Shown one piece after another: positions 49,930-60,616 of a stretch of DNA of 64,000 nt. Source of the DNA: an uncultured Flavobacteriaceae bacterium (GTDB lineage: Bacteria > Bacteroidota > Bacteroidia > Flavobacteriales > Flavobacteriaceae); NCBI GenBank assembly GCA_913062575.1, contig CAJXVT010000007.1, positions 967 to 64,966 on the forward strand, in the 5' to 3' direction. A program made the position numbers and the translations under genes. The stretch's first letter is position 1. Every line of letters begins with the position of its first letter. The notes beneath the pieces are model-generated. The model was given only the letters and a program-made list of their open reading frames with translations. It was not told where the DNA came from and searched no databases.

Positions 49930-51267
49930 TTAATTCATCTCTTTTTTTATGCCTAAACCCCCTATTGAGATGGCTAAACCAATATACAACCAAAAATATT
50001 GAGAATGATACGTTAATCCAGACAATTGTGATACAACAACGATTAACACAAAACTCTCTAATGCAGCCATATATAATGGGTAATATTCGTTTTTTTTATC
50101 TTTTATTTTATTTTTTAACCGTATAAAAACATTATACAGCAAAATTAAAAAAGGAATGGTACCGATAATTCCAAAATTTACTAAAAGGTTAATTAAGAAA
50201 TCGTAGGTAGGAAAAACCCCCCAACCCAAACCTAAGATTGGATATTCTAGAAAATAAGTAAACCCTAAAGCAACTGTTTTAAAACGTTCAACTCCAGAAT
50301 ATGTTTCTGATATATTTATTAAATAATTGACAGCAAAAAATATAGAAATTAGTATGATTACTAAATACAAAGTCACTAAAAAGTATTTGCTTTTTTTAGA
50401 AAAGAAACGCAGGTTGTTTTTTAACCAAAGTCCTGTTACTAAGAAAAAACCAAAGACACCTGTAGTTGTTATCGCTAATGGTAAGGTAATTATTGATATT
50501 ATATACATGTTTCTATTAAACTTCTTGCTTAATACAATATCCTTTTCTTGTTGGTGAAACCAATAAAAATAGGGTGTTATTGGAATTAACATTTGTGCAA
50601 AGTATGATGCTTCCATTGTGGTTCCTACCATTCTTGGGAAGTTATTAAATGCATGTATTCCAAATTCGTTCATCCCTATTTGATTGAATAGGTTTGGATA
50701 TGAAATTCCTAAGAAATATGTCAAGTCACCTAGCCATCCCCATGCAACCATAAAAACAATACCAGAAAGTAATATTCTCAAGGCTCTTTTAATTTCGTTT
50801 AAGGTTTGATAAGACACACTAATAATAAAAACAACTAACAAACCAATAAGAAAATATATGGTTTGGGTAATCCATTGCATACTTGGATACAATGGTGCTT
50901 CTTTTGCCCAATAAACTACGGAGTTATATCTATCTAAAACATTAAACTTACCATTTATAATAAATGGCATTACTTGAGAAGTAATTGCTACAAGCGCAAT
51001 AATAATTAACCAAATATAAATGGCATTATTTTTCTTTGGCAACGAGAATTTTGAAGACATCCCTTTTTTAAAAAAAAAGGAAAGGAAGACAAATAAAAAT
51101 AAAATAAAAGGAAGATTAACGGCGGTTTTATCTGGAGTAAAAAAAACTACAGTAGCATTAAAAGGTATAAAGAAAATAAAAGCATCTAGGTACTTAATTT
51201 TTTTATATGATAATACTAAAACTGTAGTACTAACTAATATTAATATTGCAACCCAGTTAATTTCCAT
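49930..51267 (-). CDS. Putative O-antigen polymerase (Wzy-like)
   Basis: More than 10 TM helices; RMVGTTMEASY, ERF...PILGLGWG motifs. Confidence 0.7.
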   Translation of the reverse strand: MEINWVAILILVSTTVLVLSYKKIKYLDAFIFFIPFNATVVFFTPDKTAVNLPFILFLFVFLSFFFKKGMSSKFSLPKKNNAIYIWLIIIALVAITSQVMPFIINGKFNVLDRYNSVVYWAKEAPLYPSMQWITQTIYFLIGLLVVFIISVSYQTLNEIKRALRILLSGIVFMVAWGWLGDLTYFLGISYPNLFNQIGMNEFGIHAFNNFPRMVGTTMEASYFAQMLIPITPYFYWFHQQEKDIVLSKKFNRNMYIISIITLPLAITTTGVFGFFLVTGLWLKNNLRFFSKKSKYFLVTLYLVIILISIFFAVNYLINISETYSGVERFKTVALGFTYFLEYPILGLGWGVFPTYDFLINLLVNFGIIGTIPFLILLYNVFIRLKNKIKDKKNEYYPLYMAALESFVLIVVVSQLSGLTYHSQYFWLYIGLAISIGGLGIKKEMN

Positions 51268-51270
51268 AAT

Positions 51271-52131
51271 TTATGCAGTCCATCGTTTCTCTTTTCCTAA
51301 TAACTTTCTATAAAAATCGGCTAGCTTTGCAGCAAAGTTTTCTCCAAATAGTTTTGAGAAAAATAAAATTACTCTCACCCTAATTTCCCAAAAAAAAAGT
51401 TCTTTAGAAAAGGATGTGATTCCGTTTAGCTTTCTTGCTTTTTTATTTTCTTTCACTAAAGTTAATCTGTTTTTTAAACTTGCACTTACACCACCTTCTC
51501 TCATCACTACCAATAATTTATCTAAAAAGAATGCGTCTTTTTTCGGGTTTTTAAGCTCTCTTAATAAAAACTCATAGTCTCCAACAATTTTAAATGTCTC
51601 ATTAAAATTTCCGTGATCTTCAAACAATGCCTTGTGGTGAAAAGAGCCCGTATGACCAATGTTCATTGTATATGTAAATCTTTTTTTCTGTTCTTTCCAT
51701 GATTTTCCGCTTTCTTCAATTTTTTGTTTTTGCTGATTTACATGTTCAATTTTACCATACACAAATCTGTTATTGTTGTTTAACGCATTGCTTAAAAACG
51801 GTACTGATTCTTCAAAGACTTTATTATTAATAAAATAATCATCAGAACCAATAAAAACAATCCAATCTCCGGTGACAAATTTCAGCCCTTTATTCCAAGC
51901 ATTATAAATTCCTGAATCTGGCTCACTAATCCATTTAAAAGAAATGTTTTTCTCTGTAAATTTCACTACTGAAGATTTGATGATTTCAACCGTATTGTCT
52001 GAAGAATTTCCATCAACAATAATATATTCAATATTAGTATATGATTGATGTAAAACAGATTCAATAGTGTCTTTGAGTGTTTTACCACTGTTATAAGTAG
52101 ACGTTATTATGCTGATTTTTGGATTATCCAT
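51271..52131 (-). CDS. Glycosyltransferase family 2
   Basis: SIITSTYN, VDGNSSD, EPDSGIYNAWNKG, GSDD, GDYE; likely start ATG 52131. Confidence 0.9.
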   Translation of the reverse strand: MDNPKISIITSTYNSGKTLKDTIESVLHQSYTNIEYIIVDGNSSDNTVEIIKSSVVKFTEKNISFKWISEPDSGIYNAWNKGLKFVTGDWIVFIGSDDYFINNKVFEESVPFLSNALNNNNRFVYGKIEHVNQQKQKIEESGKSWKEQKKRFTYTMNIGHTGSFHHKALFEDHGNFNETFKIVGDYEFLLRELKNPKKDAFFLDKLLVVMREGGVSASLKNRLTLVKENKKARKLNGITSFSKELFFWEIRVRVILFFSKLFGENFAAKLADFYRKLLGKEKRWTA

Positions 52132-53446
52132 GTGTAATGGTTTCTTCTTCAAGTGCTTTCTTTTTCAAAACCTTATAAGATTGTATTGGTAAAATAATTG
52201 ACAGACTAGCAATGCTAAATATCGTTCCCAAAATAACACCGCTACTGCCCAAATTAAATTTTGTGACAAAAATAATTGAAATTGGTATGTTTATAATTGC
52301 ACCAAGTATATATAACCACATTTGTAGTTTAACTTTTCCAATACTGTTTAAAAAATTCATAAAAATGATTCCATAAACTCTAACTAAAACAAAAATAGCC
52401 ATAAATAACAATAGGTTTCTTGGGATATTTAAGTCTCTCTGAAGCCAAAATTTAATAATTGAATTTGAAGCAAAAAAGAGTATTATTGTTAAAATAATAA
52501 ATAGAAAAAACAACTTATTTAATCTATTTAGTGTCTGTTTTATCCATTTATAGTCTTTCTTTTGGTATGCATCAGTATATAATGCCCAAAAAGGATCTTG
52601 AGCTATAACAGATATGGTAATTACCACTTGAAAAAGTTTATAAACAATATCATAATTCGTAACTTCTTCTGGCCCTATTAAGTTTGTAATAATTAAATTA
52701 TCTGTTGTAAAAATAACAATCATACACAGCTGGATACAAAAGAAAGCCAGGCTTAAACCCATTAAATCATTTACTTTTTCTTTTTTAAAATACTTTATTG
52801 ATGGTTGAATATTTTTGTTTTTTCTAAAAAAAATGAATGTAAATAGCACTCCAATACTAATATTCGATATTCCATATACTAAAGCAACATACAGTAAGTT
52901 TCTTGTAAAATATTGAAGTAAAATAAAGATTGAGCTTAAAACTAATAGCTGATAAATTAACAACGCAAATTCAACTTTTGATGATTGTTGAGCTGAGTAA
53001 TAAAAAGATTTAAAGATGTTTAAAACAAAGCTAATTACGATCATTCCCAATATTAACCCTAAGACTACTATTAGTTCTTCGTTTTTAATTGTGGTGTTAA
53101 ATAAATCTTGCCAATCAATAGTAAATAATAAGACACTTCCAATCAATAATACCGCTAAAGCGATTCCTGAAATAAATAAATATGCTGTAGAAATATACGT
53201 CTTTGCAAGATTATAATCTTTTAAGCTAAGCGCTTCTGATAGTTTTGTTTTTAATCCATTGCCAATACCAGCATCAACAAAAAAAACAATATTTACTATA
53301 GAAAAAATAGTTACCCAAACACCATATTGCTCCGTATCAAGATAGTTTAATAGAAGTGGAATTGTTGTAAAAACAGCAATAAGATTAATCGCCTTAAAAA
53401 AGACTCCTAAAGAAACATTTTTTACTATGATTTTAGATCTATTCAC
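52124..53446 (-). CDS. Polysaccharide flippase (Wzx)
   Basis: YGVWVTI, DAGIGNGL, TDNLII; about 12 TMs. Confidence 0.85.
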   Translation of the reverse strand: MNRSKIIVKNVSLGVFFKAINLIAVFTTIPLLLNYLDTEQYGVWVTIFSIVNIVFFVDAGIGNGLKTKLSEALSLKDYNLAKTYISTAYLFISGIALAVLLIGSVLLFTIDWQDLFNTTIKNEELIVVLGLILGMIVISFVLNIFKSFYYSAQQSSKVEFALLIYQLLVLSSIFILLQYFTRNLLYVALVYGISNISIGVLFTFIFFRKNKNIQPSIKYFKKEKVNDLMGLSLAFFCIQLCMIVIFTTDNLIITNLIGPEEVTNYDIVYKLFQVVITISVIAQDPFWALYTDAYQKKDYKWIKQTLNRLNKLFFLFIILTIILFFASNSIIKFWLQRDLNIPRNLLLFMAIFVLVRVYGIIFMNFLNSIGKVKLQMWLYILGAIINIPISIIFVTKFNLGSSGVILGTIFSIASLSIILPIQSYKVLKKKALEEETITHG

Positions 53447-53516
53447 TCTAAAGCACGAATTTTAGAAACACTTATTGTTAGCAATTTTTCTCAAATGTAT
53501 TACGAGTTTATATACC

Positions 53517-54557
53517 CTACTCTTTTTTGTAGTTGTTTAAATAACTATTTAATTGCTTCAATAGTAAGAATAAAATCATCACAGAAACACCAAAACCCGC
53601 TCCAAGAAATCCATAATTTTTATTAATTCCTTTGATTTCATACCCTATTGGCTGAAAGCTAGAGATAACGTTTAAAACTTCTGACTTCTCAGATTTATCT
53701 TCTACGATCTCTTTTAAATCTTTATTTATTTCTCTATTTGTCTCAAACAATTCTAACTCTTTTGTTGTCTGCTTTTCGCCTCCTAAATCAATATTGGTGC
53801 CTGAATGTTGTTTTTTAGACTCCTCTATTAAAACAGTCATATATACTCTTCTTAAAGAATCTATTTGAGTTAAGTTTTGACGTAATAAAGAATCTGTTCG
53901 ATTTAGGTTTTCATTAGTAAGCTTCTTTACTTTATTAAAGAATTTATTCTCTACAACTGAAGAAATAATAACTTCATCTAGTTTAGAAAAGACATTGTTT
54001 TTTGTTGCAACAACATGAATGTTATGAATTTTATAATCATAATCTGTAAACGTATTTTTGAAATTTAGAAAAGAGTAGCTTTTAGCTGTAAGTGTATCTA
54101 CAGATAAAATTAAATCATCGTAAGAGGTTAGTAAATCATTCCCGTTTTTTATTGGGTAAATCTCAAACTTCTTTAATGTTGCTGCTTCTGAAACAGATAA
54201 ACCAAGGGCAATTGCTAGAGAAGTAGTATCTTTTTGCTTTACCAAATCATTGTAATAATGTACATTATTATATAATTGTCTTGAGCTTTTAAAGTTTGGT
54301 TGTACTTGTAAATCTGCTCCAAAAGTTGGAGGTTTTTTATACTCTAAAAATGTACCTGTAACTCCTCCTATAACAATAGCAATAACTAGTTTTATGGAAT
54401 TGCCTTTAATAAACAATAAGATTAAAATAAGAAAGTGAAAAATTCCTTTAAAAATCTCACCTATAAATCTAAATAAATTAGAAAAACCTCTACCTATGAT
54501 CATAAATAAGGAACCTAATTCTATTTCTTCTTCTTTAGATTGTGACTCTTTAGACAT
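53517..54557 (-). CDS. Wzz-like chain-length determinant / hypothetical membrane protein
   Basis: EEIELG N-terminus; TMs near both ends flanking a coiled periplasmic region. Confidence 0.6.
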   Translation of the reverse strand: MSKESQSKEEEIELGSLFMIIGRGFSNLFRFIGEIFKGIFHFLILILLFIKGNSIKLVIAIVIGGVTGTFLEYKKPPTFGADLQVQPNFKSSRQLYNNVHYYNDLVKQKDTTSLAIALGLSVSEAATLKKFEIYPIKNGNDLLTSYDDLILSVDTLTAKSYSFLNFKNTFTDYDYKIHNIHVVATKNNVFSKLDEVIISSVVENKFFNKVKKLTNENLNRTDSLLRQNLTQIDSLRRVYMTVLIEESKKQHSGTNIDLGGEKQTTKELELFETNREINKDLKEIVEDKSEKSEVLNVISSFQPIGYEIKGINKNYGFLGAGFGVSVMILFLLLKQLNSYLNNYKKE

Positions 54558-54590
54558 TGCTATTTGTTTGTTTAGTTAATTCAGTTTTGA

Positions 54591-56255
54591 TTAAAATATT
54601 TGCTCTAATATTCTTTGAGTTATTGCATACGTAGGTGTTACTCCAGACATCCCTAATCCTCCAGAAGCTAATGTCGCTCCAGTTTCTAATGGGTTATCTG
54701 ATGCGTAATATGCATAACGTACTTTTACGTTTTCAGAAATATTTCCTCTAATTTTAGACGCTGCTTGTATAGCTTTTTGATAATGTGCCCCTTCCATTTC
54801 CAACCCAATCACATTCCAGGTAGAATCGTGGAAAAACTCCAATACATCTTTATTTTGAAGAGAAGTTCCTAAAACAGAAATCATTGCTCCATCAAAAGAT
54901 TGCACTCCAAACCCTTCTAGATCTTCTCGAGACAATTCGTTTTTAAATGGGTAATTATCTGCAGTTCCTTCAAAAATGTGTGAAGACGGAATCATAATAT
55001 CTCCTTTTCCTCCTTCTAAAATCCCTGCTTTTCCCATAATTGAAACTGACTCAACATTTAAATGTGTTGTATGACCATTTTCTTTATATGGCTTTAACAA
55101 TTCATCCATAGTTTCATAAGCTTGCTCACCAAAAGCATAGTCCATAACAATAATTACGGGATTTTCTCCTTGTGAATTTTCTTTAGAAAATGAAGTTGAA
55201 TCAAAATCTATTTTTTCGGTGTCAATTACTTGAACATTGATATTTGTTCCAGAAGTATCTTTGATGTAAATCAATCCACTTTTAGAAGCGTGGTTTTTAA
55301 CCTTTACTTGTAATTCTTTACTATTGCTATTACTTAGTAACTCAAACAGTTTAAATCCATCGTTTTTCTTAGCTTCATTTGGTATTGCGCCAGTAGCATA
55401 AATTGAATTCATAACGCTGTGCATATTTGCACTTATAATATGAATTGGTCTTTCTAATAGTTTGTTTTCTTTAAGTACTTTTTTGATGTTATTTGCCCAT
55501 ATTTCTCCATAAATATGTTGACCGATTTGTTCGTTTAAAACAGAACTAAAAGTTACAATTCTTTTCTTATTCTCTAATGTTTCATTAATTGCTAATTGCC
55601 CTAACCAATAAATAATTTGAAAAAACCTGTCAGGGTTTTCTTCTGTAGAAAAGGTCTTATAAATCTCTGAAACTTCTTGATAAGTTCTACCTAATATCGT
55701 TGCTAAATGCGCAATTGTTACCTCTCTTTCGTCTTGTGTAATTGACTTGTCGTGCAAAACAATATCTCTCAAAGTACTCCATTCTCTTGTGCAATCGGTT
55801 CCCTTATTGATTAAAACTTTGTCTTTAATCTTATGAGACTCAATAAATAAAAAGGTAAGATGTGTTAAAATATCATAGATTTCTGATCTTCCTCGAGTAA
55901 TCTCAATATTCATTTGATCTTTGTCTATTCGGTAACAATTTCTTCTTCTTTTTGGTGGAATAATTGTTTCAAAGTGAGAGTTTTTATAACCCTCGTCTGC
56001 CGTTAAGTTTATAAACTGACATTCTTCAATTCCTTCTGGTAAACGTTCTATGATATAAATTAATCCATTTAATTCTACTTTTTCATCAGCTATAGATCCA
56101 TAAATTTCTGGCCTTAATTGCAATAATGATTTTCTTAACGTTTCTCCAGAAACTCCCATCGGTTTGTAAAATCCTCTACTAAATAAATGACGCATTGAAA
56201 TGTATAATCTTTCTATTGCTCCTGTAGATTCTTGTGCTCTCGTTCTTTCTTTCAT
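54591..56255 (-). CDS. Conserved protein (DUF6909-like) with nucleoside-phosphorylase-fold motifs
   Basis: RRRNCYRID, HIISANMHS, YAFGEQA, MGKAG, GLEMEG, YASDNPL. Confidence 0.75.
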   Translation of the reverse strand: MKERTRAQESTGAIERLYISMRHLFSRGFYKPMGVSGETLRKSLLQLRPEIYGSIADEKVELNGLIYIIERLPEGIEECQFINLTADEGYKNSHFETIIPPKRRRNCYRIDKDQMNIEITRGRSEIYDILTHLTFLFIESHKIKDKVLINKGTDCTREWSTLRDIVLHDKSITQDEREVTIAHLATILGRTYQEVSEIYKTFSTEENPDRFFQIIYWLGQLAINETLENKKRIVTFSSVLNEQIGQHIYGEIWANNIKKVLKENKLLERPIHIISANMHSVMNSIYATGAIPNEAKKNDGFKLFELLSNSNSKELQVKVKNHASKSGLIYIKDTSGTNINVQVIDTEKIDFDSTSFSKENSQGENPVIIVMDYAFGEQAYETMDELLKPYKENGHTTHLNVESVSIMGKAGILEGGKGDIMIPSSHIFEGTADNYPFKNELSREDLEGFGVQSFDGAMISVLGTSLQNKDVLEFFHDSTWNVIGLEMEGAHYQKAIQAASKIRGNISENVKVRYAYYASDNPLETGATLASGGLGMSGVTPTYAITQRILEQIF

Positions 56256-56304
56256 GTATTAATCTCTCTTTTTTAAGTAATTCAAAGATACTAATTTAAA
56301 TATC

Positions 56305-57948
56305 TTACTTTATAGTAGACAAAATCTGCGAATATTTCTTTTTGTTTTTTAATAATCTCATCGCTTCAAGTATTGTTTTATCTGATGTTAATTTATTTTG
56401 ATAAACACCTTCTTGGTAATAGTAGTGATCTAAAATAATCTTTTTTATTTCATCCTTAATAAACTCTTTATTAGATGCCAATGCGGTAATCTTTTCAGCT
56501 TTTAAAGTGTTCAAAATTTTATAATAATCTTTGCTTATTTTTTTGTTTTGTGATTGGTTTACTAAGTCATAAGCTTTTTGAAACGATTTTTCTTGCGTTG
56601 TTTTAAACGTAGTATCTGTCTTTAAAAAAACTTGAAATTTCTTAAAATCTGCATCAGAAAAACGAAATTCTGCTGCTGATTTTAGACTCTTGTTTTTATT
56701 TTTGTAAGCAACCCCAAAGTTGAATAATGCTCTAGAACTTAGCAGTGCTTTTGTTTCTTCGTTTAAGGTTTCATTTTCTGTTATTATATCTGGAATTACT
56801 CCTCCTCCATCAAATACTTTTCGTCCATTTTGTGTTGTAAATTCATTAATTCCGCCATCAGAAAATTTAGGGATTTTTCCTGTTTTTAAATCTCTGTTCG
56901 CATAATCTAACTCTTGAATACATCTTCCGCTTGGGGTATAATATTTAGAAATAGTTACTTTTAACTGGGTTCCGTAGCTCAACGTTCTATATCGTTGTAC
57001 TAATCCTTTTCCAAAAGATCGTTTTCCCATTATTACAGCCCTATCGTAATCTTGTAATGCTCCAGTAACAATTTCTGATGCAGATGCAGAACGACCATTA
57101 ATTAACACAACTATTGGTATCTCTAAATCTAAAGGTTCATTTCTAGATAAGTAGGTATTGCTCCATTTTTTAACTTTGGCTTTTGTGGTTGTAATTACTT
57201 TTCCTTTTGGTAAAAAAAAGTTAGAAATATTTACTGCTTCGCCAAGTAAACCTCCTGGGTTTGATCGTAAATCTAAAATCAAATTTGTGATACCTTGTTC
57301 TTTTAAGTTTTCAAACGCTTTTTTTACTTCGGATGATGCCTTAGCATTAAATCTTGTTAATACAATATATCCAGTCTCAGCATCTACTTTTCCGAAAAAA
57401 GGAACAGGATTTACTTCAATTTTTTCTCTATTTAAATCAATTTGTAATGTCTTTCCTTGTCTGCTTATCTCTATTGAAACAGGGCTACCTGGAACACCTA
57501 ATAATAAACCAGAAATCTGTTCTCGCTCTAATGCTATTAATTCCTGATTGTCAATTTTTATGATGAGATCTCCTGGTTTCAATCCAGCTTTATCTGCCGC
57601 ATATCCTTTATAAACACTAATTATTAATGGTGATTTATTTGAGTAACTTATAGACGCTCCAATTCCTCCATATTCTCCTTCTCTTCTAATTTTTGCTGCT
57701 TCTACATCTTGCTCGTTAAAGTAATTTGTATACGGGTCTAAATTTTTTAAGGTATTCTTTAATGCGTTATTTGTTAATTCTGCAGGATTGATTTCATTCA
57801 CATAATACATATTCAATTCTTTGAATAATGTGGTGTAAATTTCTATCTGTTTTGCAACTTCAAAAAATTTTGATTGGAATGAAAACGAAACAAAAACGAT
57901 TCCAATTAATACAATTAGAATCGATTTCTTTTTAATATATTTTTTCAT
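56305..57948 (-). CDS. S41 family C-terminal processing protease
   Basis: LDPYT, PDZ domain, LDLRSNPGGLL, SASASEIV, FGKGLVQ. Confidence 0.93.
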   Translation of the reverse strand: MKKYIKKKSILIVLIGIVFVSFSFQSKFFEVAKQIEIYTTLFKELNMYYVNEINPAELTNNALKNTLKNLDPYTNYFNEQDVEAAKIRREGEYGGIGASISYSNKSPLIISVYKGYAADKAGLKPGDLIIKIDNQELIALEREQISGLLLGVPGSPVSIEISRQGKTLQIDLNREKIEVNPVPFFGKVDAETGYIVLTRFNAKASSEVKKAFENLKEQGITNLILDLRSNPGGLLGEAVNISNFFLPKGKVITTTKAKVKKWSNTYLSRNEPLDLEIPIVVLINGRSASASEIVTGALQDYDRAVIMGKRSFGKGLVQRYRTLSYGTQLKVTISKYYTPSGRCIQELDYANRDLKTGKIPKFSDGGINEFTTQNGRKVFDGGGVIPDIITENETLNEETKALLSSRALFNFGVAYKNKNKSLKSAAEFRFSDADFKKFQVFLKTDTTFKTTQEKSFQKAYDLVNQSQNKKISKDYYKILNTLKAEKITALASNKEFIKDEIKKIILDHYYYQEGVYQNKLTSDKTILEAMRLLKNKKKYSQILSTIK

Positions 57949-57951
57949 TTT

Positions 57952-58326
57952 CTATTGATTTATTTTTTCAACAAAGGCATCTAATAACTGCTTCATTTTA
58001 ATTTCAAGCTCGCTATAACTGTACTCTTCCCTGCCAATATAAGAAATCATATAGACATATGGCTGTTCTATGGATTCGTACACCGTTTGTTTTTGCTTTC
58101 TATAAGTTTCTCTTAGCAGTCTTTTAAGGCGATTTCTGCTAACTGCCTTTTTAAAGTTTCTTTTAGGTACTGATACTCCTACTTGAGCTGGATAGTTAGA
58201 ACCATGTTCTGCCTGAATATATACCATACGTAAAGGGAATTTTTTTACAGAATTTCCTTCTTTGTATAATTTTCCTATTAAGGTTTTGCTTTTTAATCGC
58301 TCTTGTTTACCTAAGGTTTGCTTCAT
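57952..58326 (-). CDS. rnpA: Ribonuclease P protein component
   Basis: ERLKS, GVSVPKRNFKKAVSRNRLKR RNR motif; start ATG 58326. Confidence 0.93.
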   Translation of the reverse strand: MKQTLGKQERLKSKTLIGKLYKEGNSVKKFPLRMVYIQAEHGSNYPAQVGVSVPKRNFKKAVSRNRLKRLLRETYRKQKQTVYESIEQPYVYMISYIGREEYSYSELEIKMKQLLDAFVEKINQ

Positions 58327-58368
58327 TATTACAAACTTAAACAAATCATACAGTTTTTAACGAAAAAA

Positions 58369-59250
58369 CTACTCGATTCTTATTAATGGACGTGTTAAAC
58401 AAGTTGGTCCGCCGCCACCTTTTACACTAATTTCTTTTCCAGAATAGGTTGTTACTTTACAACCTGCTGCTTCTAGCGCTTTTTTTGTCTTTGGATTTCC
58501 ATCAACCATCACACAATTTCTTGGTGCTATCGCCAGAACATTACATCCCATAGAATCAAATTCATCTTCTGGAACTTCTATCAAATTAAAACCTCTTTCT
58601 AACAGTTCGTTTCTAAATCTAATTGGCATTAAAGGTGAGAATACAACTGCCAAATCTTTATCAACTGGACTTAAAATAGACATTAAATGAAATACATCTT
58701 CTTGCCCTTTGTAATGTGGTAAATCTGCAACGATTACCTGCACTCCATTTGGCTCCAATAAATTTTTAAGTTGCTGTATTCCTTCATCATTGGTTCTATA
58801 CGTATGTCCAACAGCTAGAGTTTTATCATCAAGCCAAGCAACATCTCCTCCTTCTAAAGTTCCTGGAGATTTAATGGCTCCTAAAACAGCTATATTTTGT
58901 TTCTGATATTCCTCTAATTGGGCTTTAGGCTCGTTCACTCTTCCTTCTTTTCCCATATTGCAAATAATCACACCAAAGTCAGTTGCTATGGATGCGTCTC
59001 TACAATAAATAGAATCCATTTTCACGTGATCATTTGAAGGAAAAAATTGCATTTCGACTCCGTTGTTTTCAAAAATTGATTTAAATTCTGAGTATTCTTT
59101 TAAAGCGCCATTCAAATCAGGTTTAGACAAATAGTTCAACTCATTCCATTGAGAAGCTACTACTTCTTCTGAAACAAATGCATCAATTGATGATTTTAAA
59201 TAGACTTTTTTTAATTTTAAAAATTCTGAATGCTGTGTTATTCTGCTCAT
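58369..59250 (-). CDS. Amidinotransferase/dimethylarginine dimethylaminohydrolase family protein
   Basis: DSIYCRD, LEGGD, RTN, FHL, GGGGPTCLT pentein motifs. Confidence 0.85.
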   Translation of the reverse strand: MSRITQHSEFLKLKKVYLKSSIDAFVSEEVVASQWNELNYLSKPDLNGALKEYSEFKSIFENNGVEMQFFPSNDHVKMDSIYCRDASIATDFGVIICNMGKEGRVNEPKAQLEEYQKQNIAVLGAIKSPGTLEGGDVAWLDDKTLAVGHTYRTNDEGIQQLKNLLEPNGVQVIVADLPHYKGQEDVFHLMSILSPVDKDLAVVFSPLMPIRFRNELLERGFNLIEVPEDEFDSMGCNVLAIAPRNCVMVDGNPKTKKALEAAGCKVTTYSGKEISVKGGGGPTCLTRPLIRIE

Positions 59251-60558
59251 TTATTTTTCACGTTTGTTCCATTGCATTAGTGCATAAAACGGAATTCCTA
59301 ACAATAATAGTAAAAATCCATAAAAGACAACATCTGGTCCAGAACCAAAAATTGCCCATAGTGAATATGCAAACCCTAAACTCCCTAAAATAAAGGTTTT
59401 TAAAAATTTATTTAAATGTAATTTCTTTTCAATTGTTACAATAATATAAGATGCAGACACAAATAAGTATGGAACAAGACAGGTAAGTACGGTTAAATTA
59501 ACAACGAATTCAAATTGATCTACAAGACCATCACTCATACCTATTAATAGTATTACCGAGGTTAAAACACTTCCAATTATCAACCCTAAATACGGAACGC
59601 CGTTTTTGTTTTCTTTTTTAAATATTCGTGGAAACATTTTATCTTTTGCTGCTGCCATTGGCAATTGACCAACCAGTAAGGTCCATCCATTTAATGCACC
59701 AACTGCGGCAATTACCGCTCCACCCGCAACAAAATAACCAGCATACTTTCCGCCAATAATTTCACCTGCTTCCGCAAATGGTGCGGCTGAATTTTGTAAT
59801 TCTTCAACTGGTAATACCCCAAATAAAACAACGGTTCCTAAAATATAAACACAGGTAGATATTATCGTTCCTAACATGGTTGCTTTTGGAACTGTTTTCT
59901 CTGGGTTTTTAATGTTTTCAGCGGGAATACTAGCGCTTTCAATCCCTAAAAAAGCATACAAAGTTAATGCAGCTACTACTGGTATGGTTGCAAAATGACT
60001 TTCTCCTGTTAAGTTAAATCCTGGAAAATTGTCTAAACTAAAAAAGAACGCTCCAATTAGTATAATAAAAACCAATGGTAATAATTTTAAAACGGTAGTT
60101 ATTACTTGAATTCTACCTGATTCTTTAATACCTTTTGAGTTGATCCAAGTAAAAAGCCAGATAAATGACAATGCTACAACTACAGATAAAACTGGATTTG
60201 AATTTAAAGCAGGAAAGAAAACACTCAACCCACCAATAATTGCAATAGCCAAACCTGCATTACTTATCCAAATAGAAATCCAATACCCCCAAGCAACTAA
60301 AAAACCAATAAAATCTCCAAAGCCTGCTTTAGAATAAGTGTACGGGCCACCACTTTTATTGACAATAATTTTACTGAAATTGCTAAATATCTTTGCCAGT
60401 ATTAATGCTCCAGTAGCGGTAAATAACCAGCCCAATAAACTTATACTTCCATATTTAGCAAGTGTTGCTGGCAAGAGAAAAATTCCTGCTCCTATCATAT
60501 TTCCTACAACTAAAGATGTGGTTGTAATTAATCCTATTTTTTTCACTTTAGAACTCAT
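59251..60558 (-). CDS. APC amino-acid permease (AdiC/PotE/ArcD-like)
   Basis: GNMIGAGIFLLP, GGPYTY, YAFLGIESA, KNPEKTVP. Confidence 0.9.
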   Translation of the reverse strand: MSSKVKKIGLITTTSLVVGNMIGAGIFLLPATLAKYGSISLLGWLFTATGALILAKIFSNFSKIIVNKSGGPYTYSKAGFGDFIGFLVAWGYWISIWISNAGLAIAIIGGLSVFFPALNSNPVLSVVVALSFIWLFTWINSKGIKESGRIQVITTVLKLLPLVFIILIGAFFFSLDNFPGFNLTGESHFATIPVVAALTLYAFLGIESASIPAENIKNPEKTVPKATMLGTIISTCVYILGTVVLFGVLPVEELQNSAAPFAEAGEIIGGKYAGYFVAGGAVIAAVGALNGWTLLVGQLPMAAAKDKMFPRIFKKENKNGVPYLGLIIGSVLTSVILLIGMSDGLVDQFEFVVNLTVLTCLVPYLFVSASYIIVTIEKKLHLNKFLKTFILGSLGFAYSLWAIFGSGPDVVFYGFLLLLLGIPFYALMQWNKREK

Positions 60559-60616
60559 AATTATTCTGTATTTTTAGATGCAATTCTCGAAGATACAATT
60601 AATTAACAAACTGATT

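Noticed and set aside
51061-51398. A9 homopolymers in the wzy-like and GT2 genes as possible phase-variation tracts
   Set aside because: Frames are intact, and A/T runs of this length are frequent throughout this low-GC window.
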